Assembly: GCA_014905635.1 (NCBI GenBank)
Contig: JABVCE010000022.1
Location: forward strand, 434,001-498,000
Source: Scenedesmus sp. PABB004
Lineage: Eukaryota
DNA length: 64,000 nucleotides
Reading direction: 5' to 3'
Part shown: positions 12,912-24,929 of the stretch, piece by piece
Numbering within the stretch: the stretch's first letter is position 1
Layout of the letters: the number at the start of each line of letters is the position of its first letter
Position numbers and translations under genes: made by a program
The notes under the pieces: generated by a model
Database searches by the model: none
What the model saw: only the letters and a program-made list of their open reading frames with translations
What the model was told of the DNA's origin: nothing

Positions 12912-14103
12912 ATGCGCGGCATGCGGCTCGGCGCGCCGCGCCGCTGCGGCGCGCCGGCGGCGCCGCGCGCGAGCAGCGGCGGCAGCGACCCGCCGCAGCG
13001 GCCGCAGCAGCCGGCCCCCGACCCGCGCCTGGCGTGGGCGCGGCCGGAGTGGATCCAGCAGCAGCAGCAGCAGCAGCCGCGCGCGCAGCCGGCACGGCCT
13101 CCACCGCCGCCGCCCGGCGCGCAGCGGCCGTCGGCTGCTGCGCAGGCGCCGCCGCGGCCGTCGGCGCGATCGCGCGCGCAGGCGGCGCTGCTCGCGCGCG
13201 TGACGTACGGCTCGCTGGGCGCCGGCGGCGGCGGCGAGGACGGCGGCGGCGGCGGCGGCGGCGCGCCGCTGCTGTTTGCGGCGCTCGGCGTGGACTATGG
13301 CGAGCAGCACGTCGGCGTGGCAGTGCGGCGCGACGGCGCCAACGCGCCGCTGCTGACGCTGCACCGCGAGCTCGTGGGCGGCGGCGACGCCGGCGGCGGC
13401 GACGGCGCCGGCAGGCGCGGGCGGCCGCTGCTGGGCCAGCGGCGCGTCGCGGCCGCGCTGCTGGCGCTCGCGCTGCGGGAGGGTTGCGACGGCTTCGTGG
13501 TCGGCCTGCCCGTGCCGCCGCCCGAGCAGCAGCAGCAGCGGCGGCAGCAGCAGCAGCAGCGGCGGCCGCAGCAGCAGGGCGAGCGGCGGGTCAACGCGCA
13601 GATTCGGGGCTTTGCGGCCACGCTCGCCGCGCTCGCGGCGCCGCTGGAGCTGCCCGTGCTGCTGGCGAACGAGCAGCAGAGCAGCCGGCAGGCGCGCGCC
13701 GTCATGGCGGGCGCGGCGGCCTACGACGTCGCCGCGCCGGCGGCGCCGGCCAGGGGGCCGGCCGGCGCGCACGCCGGCGCGCACGCCCGCGCGCCCGCGC
13801 ACGCCGCGGCGGGCCGGGACGCGTACGCCGCGGCGCTCATCCTCTCGCGCTACTACAACGGCCTCGTCGCGCCGCAGGCGGTGCCGGCCCCGGGCGGCGA
13901 GGCCACGGGCGCGGCGCGGCCGGGGGCGCCGCCGGCCGCCGACGGCGGCGGCGACGACGGCGGCGACGGCTGGGGCGCGCGGCGCGTGCGCCAGCAGGCG
14001 GCGGCGGACCTGCGCGCGATGTGCGTGCCCCCGGCGAGCGGCGGCGGCGGCAGCGCCAGCGCGAGCGCATGGCGGCGGCGCCCGGCGACGCGGGCGCGGC
14101 GGC

Positions 14104-14136
<33 letters not shown>

Positions 14137-14155
14137 TGGCGGGCGGGAGAGCTGA
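12912..14155 (+). CDS. yqgF: YqgF/RuvX-family RNase H-fold nuclease, probably organelle-targeted
   Basis: LGVDYGEQHVGVAV, FVVGLP, ANEQQSS (DERxSS-like) and RDAYAAALIL motifs with Gln/Gly insertions. The C-terminus is uncertain: 14155 via a frameshift or short intron, or 14528 if read straight through. Confidence 0.8.
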
Positions 14156-14533
14156 GCCGTGCGGCGCTGCGACGACGCGCCAGGGCAGTGGGCTCGAGGG
14201 ATCACTGGGGGCAAGTGCTGATTACTGGCTTGCCCGCCGCGCGCGCCCCCGGTCGGGCGCCCGCGCTCGCCGAGCCCTGCGCCGCCGCGGCCGCCGCCCA
14301 CGCGACACGACGGCCGGCGCCGTAGCGGCGCCGCCGCTGGCGAGCCACAGCCCAAGCGCCCCCCTCGCGCGCGCTCGTTGCCGTCGTCGTCGCCGCGCGC
14401 CCGCCAGAGCGCCCGCCATCACTGAGCGGCGGGCCCCGCCCTCTAGCAGCTGCGCGGCCGCGCGCCGCCCCGGCTCTGGCTCTGGCCACACCATCCCGAG
14501 GCCCGGGCGCTTAGGCAGCAGACTTTAGGCGCC

Positions 14534-17500
14534 ATGTGAGTGCGCGCGCCGGCAGCAGCAGCAGCCGACTCTTTTCGGGGCAGCGCCGTCGCCGCCTGCC
14601 GAGCGCGCGTCGGCCCCGCCGGCACGCAGCCGCGGGAGCGCCCGCGTCAGGCGGGCGCCCCGCCGCCGGCCGCCGCCGCGCCGCTCAAGCAGCGAGCGCT
14701 GCTCGAGCGCCGCCCCGCGAGCGCCGCCGCGCGCGTGCTCGTGCGCCGCCCTGCTGCTGCATCAGGTCGGTGATGCAGAAGATCAAGGAGATTGAGGATG
14801 AGATGGGGCGGACGCAGAAGAACAAGGCCACGAGCGGCCACCTCGGCATGCTCAAGGTGCGGGCCGGCGCCGCCGGCGGAGCGGCGGCCAGCGCGGATGC
14901 GCGCGCGCTGCCCCTGACCGCACGCCAGCGCGCGCGGCGGGCGAGGCGGCGGCGCCCCGCGCACCCCCGCCCGCGCGCAGGCCAAGCTGGCCAAGCTGCG
15001 CCGCGAGCTGCTGGAGCCGTCGAAGGGCGGCGGCGGCGGCGCCGGCGAGGGTGCGCGGCGCGCGGCGGGCCGCGGCGGTGCTGCCGGCGGCGGCCGCGCC
15101 AGCAGCGCCGGCGGCGGCGGCGCACCTGGCTGGCAGCGCCGGCGGCGGGCGCTGCGGGCTCGTGCAGCGCCGAGCGCCCCCTCCCTCTCTCGCTCCCTCC
15201 CCCTCCACGCACACACGCACACGCACACTCACACACACGCACACGCACACGCGCACACACGCCCTCCCCCCTCCCTCACAGGCTTTGATGTCAACAAGGT
15301 CGGCGACGCGCGCGTGGGCTTTGTGGGTGCGCGCCCCGCGCGGCGGCGGCAGCGCCAGCAGCGGCGCCCTGCAGCGGCGGCAGCGCCCGGCGCACCGCGC
15401 GGCGCCCTGCGCCGCCCCCACCCCCGCCGCGCCCCGCGCCCCGCGCGCGCCGCCGCAGGCTTCCCGTCCGTCGGCAAGTCCACGCTGCTCACCAAGCTCA
15501 CCGGCACCTTCTCAGAGGCGCGCCGCGCGCCCCCTGCCGCGCCCGCCCCCTGCCGCGCCCCCGCGCCCCTCGCCCCGCGGGCCCGCTCCCCCCGCCCCAC
15601 GCGCCGCCCGCCTCCCCCGCGGCCCCGCGCCGCCGCCGTCCCAAACCCTCGACCCAAAACCCCAGGCGGCCTCGTACGAGTTCACCACGCTCACCTGCGT
15701 GCCGGGCATCGTGCGCTACCGCGGTGCGGACGCCTGCTGGGTGTACCGGCCGCAGGCGCTGCCGCCGCGCGGCGCGGCGTGGGCGGCCGCGGCGTGGGCG
15801 GCCGCCTGGGCGTCGGCGCGCCTCCTCCCCCCTCACACACACCCGCCGCACACACCCACACCCACCCACACACACCCCACCCACACCCACACACCACACC
15901 CCGCCACAGGCGCCAAGATCCAGATGCTCGACCTGCCCGGCATCATCGAGGGCGCCAAGGACGGCAAGGGCCGCGGCCGCCAGGTGCGCAGCGGCGCGCC
16001 GCGCGCGCGCGCACGCGCACACACCCCACACGCGCGCTCCACGCTCCACACACGCACACGCTCCACACACGCACGCGCTGCACACGCGCTCCACACGCGC
16101 TCCACACGGCCCCCCAAAACCACCCCAAAACCACCCCAAAACCCCACCCCCGCGCGCGCGCCAGGTCATCAGCACCGCGCGCACGTGCAACCTCATTCTC
16201 ATCGTCCTCGACTGCCTCAAGCCGCTCACGCACAAAAAGGCGCGAGGGCTCGTAGCGTGTGTGTGCAGGGCTGAGGATTGATGGACTGATGGACCGATGG
16301 GGGGGGGGGGTGAGGCGGCGAGGCGGCGTTGCGCCGCCGCGTGCCGCCGCAGCGCTGGCCCGCGCCCGCGCCGCCACTCCCCCGCCCACGCGCGCCCCGC
16401 ACGCCTCACTCCCCGCCCACGCCCACGCCCCGCCGCGCCGCGCCGCGCCGCCCGTGCCGTGCCGTGCCACCGCACGGTGGCGCAGCTGATTGAGCGCGAG
16501 CTGGAGGGCTTTGGCATCCGGCTGAACAAGAAGCCGCCCAACATCACGTTTAAAAAAAAGGTGGGAGGCAGGGAGGGAGGGAGGGGGCTGTGAGAGGGCG
16601 GGGGCTGGCTGTGTGTGGGGCTGGCTGTGTGTGGGGCTGGCTGTGTGTGGGGCTGTGTGGTGGTGGTGCTGCCGGGGCCCAGCCGCAGTCGCCGTGCCTC
16701 GGCCGCCCGGCACGCACGCACATCACGCAGCCACCCACAATCCCCCCACAACCCCCCACCCACCCGCCCACCCGCACACGCGCAACCCCCCCCCCCCACC
16801 CCCCCACCCCCACCCCCCCAAGGACAAGGGCGGCATCGCGTTCACGACCGCCGTCCCCGGGGGCGGCAAGCTCGACCTGGAGGCGGTCAAGGCGGTCTGC
16901 GCAGAGTACAAGTGAGAGGGAGAGAGAGGGGGGGGGGGGCAGCGGCGGGGTTTTGAAAAGGGGGGCGCGGGGGAGGGGCTGGCCGCGGCCGCCGCCCGCG
17001 CGCGCCGCGCCGCGCTCCCTGCCGTCCACCCCTCCCGCCTCCCCCCAACACCCAGCCCTCAGCCCTAAACCCTGCCCCGGCCGCCCGCCCCCGTTAAACC
17101 CCGGTCAGGGTCCACAACGCCGACATCGTGCTGGGGGACGACTACGACGTGGACGACCTCGTCGACGTCATCGAGGGCAGGTGGGCGGCGGCGTGTGTGG
17201 GGTGTGGCTGCGGCGTGGCTGCGAGTGTGCTGTGAGTGCGTGGAGGGGGGGGGGGCGAACGTGCTCAACGTGAGTTTCGAACGTGGTTGGGGGCGCTCCC
17301 CCCCTGGTCGGCTCCCCCCCCCCCACACACACACCCGCACCCCCCCTCCTAAACCCTAAACACCCCCCCATCAGCCGCGTGTACGTGCCGGCCATCTACG
17401 TGGTCAACAAGATTGACCAGATCACGCTCGAGGAGCTGGAGGTCATGGACCGACTGCCCCACTACTGCCCAGTGAGCGGGGCTGGCTTCGGGTTCAGGGG

Positions 17501-18325
17501 GGGTGTAGCAGGGGGCTGAGGCTCGGGGGTTTCGGCTCGGGGCTGAGAGGCTAGGTTAAGGCGGCTGAGAAGGGGGCTGAGAAGGGGGCTGAGAAGGGGC
17601 TGAGAGGGGGCGACACACGCCCTCGCGCCCGCCCGCCCGCTCGCTCCCCCCCCCCTTTGTGCAGGTGTGCGCGTACCACGAGTGGAACCTGGACGGCCTC
17701 GTGGAGATGGTCTGGGAGTACCTCGACCTCGTGCGTGGGGCCAGGGCTGGGCCGCATGGGGCCCGGGGGGCGCCCAGGGCTGTGCCCGCCGCGCCGCGCC
17801 GCGCCGCGCTCAGCCCTCCGCCTCCCCCCCCCCCTCTCCCTCCCCCCCTCCTGCCCCCGCCGCGTCTGCGCCGCCGCATTCGCGTCGTCGCCCCCCGCGC
17901 CCAGGTGCGCGTGTACACCAAGCCCAAGGGCAAGCTGCCGGACTTCAACGAGCCCGTCGTGCTGCACCGGTGCGCGCGGCCCGCGGACCCCGGCGCGGCG
18001 CGGCGCGGCGCGGGGCCGCGCGGCCCTGCCGCCGCTCGCGCGCGCGCGCGCCGCGCGCGCGCGACGCCCGCCGCCCGCCGGCGACCGCGCCGCCCCACCG
18101 ACCTCCCGTGCGCCCGCGCCTAAACCCTGCCCGCCCGCGTCCGCGCTAAACCCCAGCAACAACTCCACGATCGAGGGCTTTTGCAACAAGATCCACAAGA
18201 CCATGCTCAAGCAGCTCAAGTACGCGCACGTGTGGGGCAGCAGCGTCAAGCACAGGCCCCAGAAGGTCGGCAAGGACCACCAGCTGCACGACGAGGACAT
18301 CGTCCAGATCGTCAAAAAGATCTGA
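14534..18325 (+). CDS. DRG1: Developmentally regulated GTP-binding protein 1 (DRG1/RBG1)
   Basis: [58 protein letters not shown] and TGS-domain [14 protein letters not shown]...[11 protein letters not shown]. Confidence 0.97.
16601..16660. repeat. Intronic 16-bp minisatellite (GGGGCTGGCTGTGTGT, about 3.5 copies)
   Basis: Tandem copies read directly in a DRG1 intron. Confidence 0.8.
17562..17610. repeat. Intronic ~12-bp minisatellite (GGCTGAGAAGGG, about 4 copies)
   Basis: Tandem copies read directly in a DRG1 intron. Confidence 0.8.
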
Positions 18326-18524
18326 CGTTGTCATTTGGCTCAGATTCGGGCGAGCCCGCGCGGCGGGGCGGGGCGGGACGGGACGGCTGGCGCCCCAAGC
18401 GGGCGAGCCGCGGTCCGGCGCGCGCCCGGCGCCCCGCAGCTGGCGGGCGCGGCGCGGCCGGCGGCGGCGCGGCCGGCGGTCGAGGAGCGGCGGGCGGCGG
18501 GAGGGGCGCCTGCTCGCTGTTGTT

Positions 18525-18529
18525 TTACA
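18525..18529 (-). promoter_or_regulatory. Candidate chlorophyte poly(A) signal TGTAA for the MCC alpha gene
   Basis: TTACA on the + strand about 305 bp downstream of the MCC alpha stop. UGUAA is the established chlorophyte signal and is rare in this GC background. Confidence 0.5.
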
Positions 18530-18833
18530 CGGGCGCGCGCGCGCGGCGGCTGCAGGCGCAGCCGCCGCGCGCGCGCCCCCAGGCGGCGCCCACGCGCCGC
18601 GCCGTGCGTGCTGAGCGGGGCCGTGCAACTCAACTCGACTCCCTCCAAATTCGGCCGCCGCGCGTCCCGGGGCGCCCCCGCGCCAAAACCGCCCCGCGCG
18701 TGCGTGCCAGGGCCGCGCCACGCTCTGTTGTACAAAGCCTGGGCCCGTCCGCGAGCGCAGGCCCGCGGGGGCCGCGAGCCGCCCCGCCCCGCCCGCGCGG
18801 CGCCGGCCAGCCGGCCGGCCGCCGCGCGCGCGC

Positions 18834-21662
18834 TCAGCCCGCGGCCGTCGCGCCGCCGCCAGCCGCGTCGCCGTCGGCGGCGTCGGGCAGCACAGAGAGC
18901 AGCACCTGCCCGTCCTCCACCTGTGCCCCCACGTGCAGCGCGCCCGCGCCGGCCACGCGCCCGGCCGCGGGCGCGGCCAGCGTGTGCTCCATCTTCATCG
19001 CCTCAACCACCATCAGCGGCGCGCCCCGCGACACCACCTGCGCGCCGCGGCGCGCGCGCGGCAGGCGGGGGCGTGGGCGGCCGCGGCGGCGCGGCCGCGG
19101 CGGCGCCGCGCGAGCTCGGGCCCCCGCCGCACCGCGCCGTCGGCGACCAGCAGCTTCACGACGCGGCCCGGCATGGGGCTGACCAGGGCCGTGCCCGCGC
19201 GCCGCCGCCGCCCGCGGCCGCCGCGTCCTTGCTCCACACGGGCAGCACGCGCCTGCGCGGGCGCAGGTGGCGCGGGCGCAGGCGCTCTGGGCTCGCACGC
19301 GCGCCGGCAGAGAAGCAGCCTGCCCGCCCCGGCCCGCGCGCACGGCGCGGGCGGGCACCTGAACTCGTGGCCGCGGCCGTCCAGCCAGACCGTGAGCGCT
19401 GCCTCGCCGCCGGCGGCGTGCAGCAGCACGCTGCCGGCGACGCGGCGGCCGGCCACCTCGGCGCTCCAGGCGTCGCCGTCGAGCGCGAGCTCCCGCACGC
19501 GCAGCGCCTCCCCGCCGGGCGCCAGCTGGACGTCAAAGTCGGCGGCGCTGAGCACCGTCAGCGACAGTCGGCGCTCCGCGCCGTCGGCCTCTGGCTCGCG
19601 CAGCGCGAGGTGCAGCGCGTGGCGGTGCCACAGGCGCTTGCTGTCGCCGAGCGCCCACGCGCCCATGGCGCGCCCGCGCGGCACGGCGGCGGCCGCGGCG
19701 GAGGCCTGCGCGCGTGCGTGCGGGACGCGGGGCGGAGGCGGTGGTGGTGGCGCCAGCGGCACAGTCGGCGACGCCGGCGGTGGGCCGGCCACGTGCGGCG
19801 CCGCACGCGCCTCGTGGGCCACCCACAGCGCGCCCGCCAGCGCGGCGACCTCGTCCGGCGCCGGCCTGGGCGCCAGCAGGCTGTCCCTGCGGGCGGGGCG
19901 GGCGGGCGGGCGGGCGGGCGGGGCGGGCGGGGCGGGCGCGTCGCGGCGTGGCGCCTGCCGCCACCGCGCGGCGCGACGCCCCAGGTGCCCCGCCCCGCAC
20001 GCCGCCGCGGGCCCGGGCCCGGGGGCCGCCTGCGGCGCAGCGCCGCGGGGCGGCCGCCGCCGCCGCTTCCGCGTCCGGCGGCGCCGCCGGCCGTGGCACC
20101 TGTGGCGCTGCATGAGCGCCGTGTCTAGGTCCAGCGCCTCAAAGGTGGCGCAGGGGGCTAACCTAACCCTGAACCCCAAACCCTAACCCCAACCCCCCGC
20201 CTGCTGTGGCACCTGTGGCGCTCGATGAAGCCTGTGTCGAGGTCCAGCGCCGCAAAGGCAGGGTGCGCCGCGACGTCCTGCAAAAAGGCCAGGTTGGTCG
20301 GCACGCCGCCGACCTGCGTGCCCGCGAGCGCGGACCGCAGCGCGGCCAGCGCCGCGCCGCGGTCGTCGCCGTGCACCTGCGCCCCGCGGCGGCGGCGGCG
20401 GGCGTGGGCGGGGCTGAGCGCCGCGCCGCGCCGCGCCGCGCCGCGCGCCCGCCGGGGACCGGCCGGCCCGCGCGGGGGACGCCGGCCGGCGCACGGCGCC
20501 CGTCGCACCGCCGCGGCCGCACGCCCGGGGTTTAGCGCCGGCGGCAGCAGCGCCTCAAACCCCGCGCTGCCCCCGCCGCCGCGGCCCACCACAATCTTGG
20601 CGATCATCTTTGGGGTGGGGGGGGGGGGGGGGAGAGCAGCGGCAGGGGCGGGGGGGGGGGGATGTTGGTTGTGGGCTGCCGCTGCACCCGGCAAGGGTGG
20701 GCGCCCGGCAAGGGTGGGCGCGCGGGCGCGGCGCCGGGCGGCGCGGGCCCGGGTGCGCCCGCGGCAACAATCCGAGGCGCCCACCGGGTCATAGTACGTG
20801 CCCACTGCCTCGCCCTCGCGCACGCCGCTGTCGACGCGCAGCGGCGCGGCGTGGTCAAACGCGCCCGCGCCCGCCGGCGTGCGCCAGCGCAGGACGCGGC
20901 CCGCGCCTGCGCCGGCGGCGGGAGGCGGCGGCGGTCGCGCCTCGGCGGCGGCCCGGGCGGGGCGGGGCGGGGCGCGCGGCCGGCTGGCCTCGCCGCGACC
21001 GGCCGGCGTCAGCCAGCGGGCCGCGCCGCCGCACCCGGCAGGAAGCCGCGGCGCACGTTCTCCGCGTACAGGCGCGCCTCAAACGCGTGCCCCCGCGGCC
21101 CCCGCGACACCAGCTCCGTCTGGCTCAGCGGCAGCGCCTCGCCCGCCGCCACGCGCAACTGCGCGCGCGCGCCGCGGCGTGAGCGCGGCGGCAGGCCGGG
21201 CCCCTGCCCTTGCGCCACAGGGCCCTGGCGTGGCCGGCCCCAGGCGCTGCTGCCGTCGCCGCGCCGCGCGCTGCCGCGCGCTGCGCTGGCGTGCTCACCT
21301 GCAGCTCCACCAGGTCCACGCCAGACACCGCCTCGGTCACCGGGTGCTCCACCTGAGGGGGCGGGGGGGGGGGGGGGGCGGGCGGCCGGCGGCGAACGCC
21401 TAGGTGTGCGCGCAGCGCAGACGCACCCTCGCGCGACCGCTCCACGCCCTGCTGCTGCCCACGCCCTGCCGCTGCCCACGCCCTCCCTCTCCACACGAAC
21501 CCAGACCCACCCACCCGCCCAGCCGCCCAGCCACCCACCCGCCCGCCCGCCCGCCCACCTGGAGGCGTGTGTTCATCTCCATAAAGAAAAACGACCTGCT
21601 CTCAACGTCAAGTATGAACTCAACCTGCGCGGCAGTGCGGCATTGCGGCGCGCGCGGCGGCG

Positions 21663-21697
<35 letters not shown>

Positions 21698-23498
21698 ATG
21701 TGCGTGCGCAAGCGCGCGCCGCGCGGCGGCAAGCGGGAGAGGCCCCCGGCGGCGGGGCGGGGCGGGGCGGGGCAGCGCCCGCGCGGCGCACCGTGCCCGC
21801 GGACTCGTAGCCGACCGCCGCCGCGGCGCGCACCGCGGCCTCGCCCACCTCGGCGTGGAAGGACGCGGGCAGCCCTGCGGCCGGGCCGGGCGCCCGCTCG
21901 GCGCGGCCCCGCGGGCGCGGCGGGCGCGCGCCCGCGGCTGCCCCACGGCGCCCCACGGGCGCCCTCTCAAACCTGTGTGTGTGCCCTGCCGCTGCGCGCC
22001 CACCCACACCCACACCCACCCGGCGCGGGGGCCTCCTCGATGATCTTCTGGTGCCGCCGCTGCACCGAGCAGTCGCGGTCAAAGAGGTACACACAGCCGC
22101 CCCGCCCGTCAGCCAGCACCTGGCGGCGCACCGGCGGGCCCCCCGCGCGTCGTGGTGGGCCCGCTGCACGAGGGCCCCGCGCGCACGCGCCAGAGCCGGG
22201 CGCGAGGTGCGGAGCGAGGCGCGGCGCGAGGCCGCCGCACCTGCACCTCCACGTGCCGCGGGCGGGTGATGTAACGCTCCAGCAGCAGCCGGTCGTCGCC
22301 GACCGCCGCCGCGGCCTCGCGCCGCGCCGCGGCGATCGCCCCGGGCAGCTCCGCCTGCCCGCGGCCACGCCCGACGCGGCGGTCGGACGTGGGCGGCCGG
22401 CGGCCGCGCCGGGCCGGCGCCGCAGCGCGGGGCGCGCGTGCCGCACGCGCCTGGCTGGCCGCCAGCCTCATGCCCTTGCCGCCGCCGCCGGCGACCGCCT
22501 TGACCAGCAGCGGGAAGCCCACGGCCGCCGCTTCGGCCTCGAGCCTGCGGCGCGGCGCGGCGCGGCGCGGCGCGCCTCGCCGCTCCCGCGCGGGCGCCCA
22601 GAGCAGGTCGAGCGCGCGGCGCGCTGCTGCGCGCGCACCGGGCCTCGTCCTGCGCCGCGCCGTGGTACCCGGGCACGACTGGCACGCCCGCGGCGGCCAT
22701 GATGGCCTTTGCCTGCGCCTTGTCGCCCATGGCCCTGCGGGCGCGGCGGCCAGCTGGGCCACGCGATGCCTGGCGCCCGGCGCCCGGCGCCGCCCGCGCC
22801 CGGCCGCGCTGCCTGGCCGGCTCCCGGCGCGCCGCGTGGGTGGGTGACGGGCGCCGCACCGGATGGCGGACGCGGGGGGGCCGACAAACTTGACGCCCGC
22901 GGCGGCGCAGGCCTCGGCAAAGCTCGCGTTCTCAGACAGGAAACCGTAGCCTGGCGAGGCCGCGCGGGCGCGCGGGCAGGCGCTGGGCCACGCGCGCGGC
23001 GCGCGCTGCCGCCTGGCAGCGCCCGCAGCGCACGCCGCGGCGGCGCACCCGGGTGGACTGCGTCCGCGCCGGTCGCGGCCGCGACCGCCAGGATCGCGTC
23101 GCCGCGCAGGTAGCTGTCGGCCGCGCGCGGCCCGCCGATGCAGAACGCCTCGTCCGCGGCGGTGACAAACGCCGCGCGCCGGTCGGCCTCGCTGAACACA
23201 GCCACCGTGGGCACGCCGAGGCGCCGAGCCGTGGCCAGCACGCGCAGCGCGATCTCGCCCCTGCGAGCGGCGGCGGCGGGGCCGGCGGCGTGGGGCGCGG
23301 CGGCGTGGGCGCAGCGCCGCGCGGCGGCGCGTTGCTGCTGAGCGTGCGCGCGCTCAGCAGCGCGCACCGGTTGGCGACGAGCAGCTTGCGGAGCGCTGGC
23401 CGCTGCGCGGCGGACGAGTGAAGCGAGTGCAACCCCCAGGGCCGCATCACGGCCGCCAGGGCGGCCGCCGCGCAGGCTGCGCCGCGGCACAGCAGCAT
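18834..23498 (-). CDS. MCCC1: Methylcrotonoyl-CoA carboxylase alpha (biotin carboxylase plus biotinyl domain), mitochondrial
   Basis: [64 protein letters not shown] and biotin motif EAMKMEH. The VPGYHG and [11 protein letters not shown] motifs favour MCC over PCC. Confidence 0.93.
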
Positions 23499-23824
23499 CT
23501 CGCCGCCGCGCCGCCGACCGCCGCGTCCTGGCGAGGTCGCGGCTCGGCGCGGCGCCGCGTGGGGGCGGGCAGTGGACACGCGGAGCTGCTGGGGCGGCGA
23601 CGTCGTCGCGGGGCCCGAGCGTTGCGCGGCCCGACAGTGCCAAAGCCCGATGGCTGGGTCACTCGGTGCAGCGCGTGGGAGCAAGTGACCAGCGCGCCGT
23701 CCTCTCGGTTTCAGACCCTCCGCCCCGCCAGCCCAGCCCGCGCGCCGGCCGCCGCTGCGCCTGCAGCCGCGCGCCGCCGCGCCGCGCCCGCCCGCGCTCC
23801 CCCCCAGCAGCGCGCGCCGCTGCG

Positions 23825-24490
23825 TCACTCCTCCGCTGCGGGGATGGCCATGTGCTTGAACAGCTTGCCCTTGTTGTGGCTGTCCCACACCGCGCCCACG
23901 CCCGCGTCCAGGCCCTGCGGCGGCGGCGGCGGCACTCGCAGGTCGGTCCCGCCGCAGCTGCTGCGGCGCTGCCACCCGGCCGGCAGCTGTGCAACGCCGC
24001 CGGAGCTGGGCTGGAGCAGCCGCCGCCGCTGCGCCGGGGGCTCGTCGCGCCCGCGCCCGCAGCAGCGCGCGGCGCCGCTGCTCCGCCGCCGCCGACGACG
24101 ACGACGACGCTGGGCCGCCGCTGGCCGCGGGCCGCGCTGTGCGGTCCCCGCTGCGCAGCTCGGGCCCGCGGTGCCCCAATCCGCGGCCCCCCGGCCCGCC
24201 CGGCCCGCACCTCGTTGGCGAAGTAGGCGCCCACGAGCACGAACGGCACGTACAGCGTGCTGCGCTTGAAGAACAGCTGCGAGCGGGAGCCGGGGCGCCG
24301 CTGAGCGCTGGCCGCGGGCGCCGCACGGCCGTGCGGCGGGCGAGGGCGTGCGCGGCCGATCCGCGCACGGCGCTGCCGCGTCGCGCGGCGCCCCGAGCGC
24401 GCTCCGGCGAGGCGTCGCGCGATCTGCAGCACCGCGAGCAGCTGGGGCCTCGCTCCCCGCCGCTGCGGCCCGTGTGGGCGCCGGGGGCTG

Positions 24491-24521
<31 letters not shown>

Positions 24522-24580
24522 GGGCCCGGTGGCCGCCCTCGCCCGCGGCGCACCTGGTACACGCCGTCCACGAGGCCCAT
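23825..24580 (-). CDS. QCR9: Cytochrome bc1 complex subunit 9 (QCR9), 3 exons
   Basis: Spliced MGLVDGVYQ|LFFKRSTLYVPFVLVGAYFANE|GLDAGVGAVWDSHNKGKLFKHMAIPAAEE*, with the conserved W-x3-N-x-GKL motif. Confidence 0.92.
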
Positions 24581-24929
24581 GGCGCCGCTCGCTGCTGCCT
24601 GCTGCCCAGGGGCTGCTGCCGGCGCTGGCGGCGGCGGTGGTGGGGTGGGGAGCTCCCGCGCTGCTCGGCCGGCGGTGGTGTGGCGAGGAGTTGTGACGTG
24701 TGGGCTGGCTGGCCTTGGCCTGACACTCGCCGGCGCCGAGGGCTCAGCAGCGCTGCGCCGCGGCGCGGCGGCGCGCGGCGGCGCGTGCCGCGCCAGCTCG
24801 GCCCCCTCACCCGCAGAGTAGTCCGCACAGCACACAGCACACCACCTAACACCGGCGCGCGCGCGAGCGGACCAGGCGCGAAACGAGCGCGGCGGTATTT
24901 CGCCCTCGCGCAAAGCCAGGCCAAGTGGC

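Noticed and set aside
12912..14155. YqgF gene as a recent bacterial transfer or a transposon RuvC nuclease
   Set aside because: It has host-like codons, a targeting-like N-terminus and Gln/Gly insertions. YqgF homologues are normal in green plants, and there are no TnpB/Fanzor zinc-finger or element ends.
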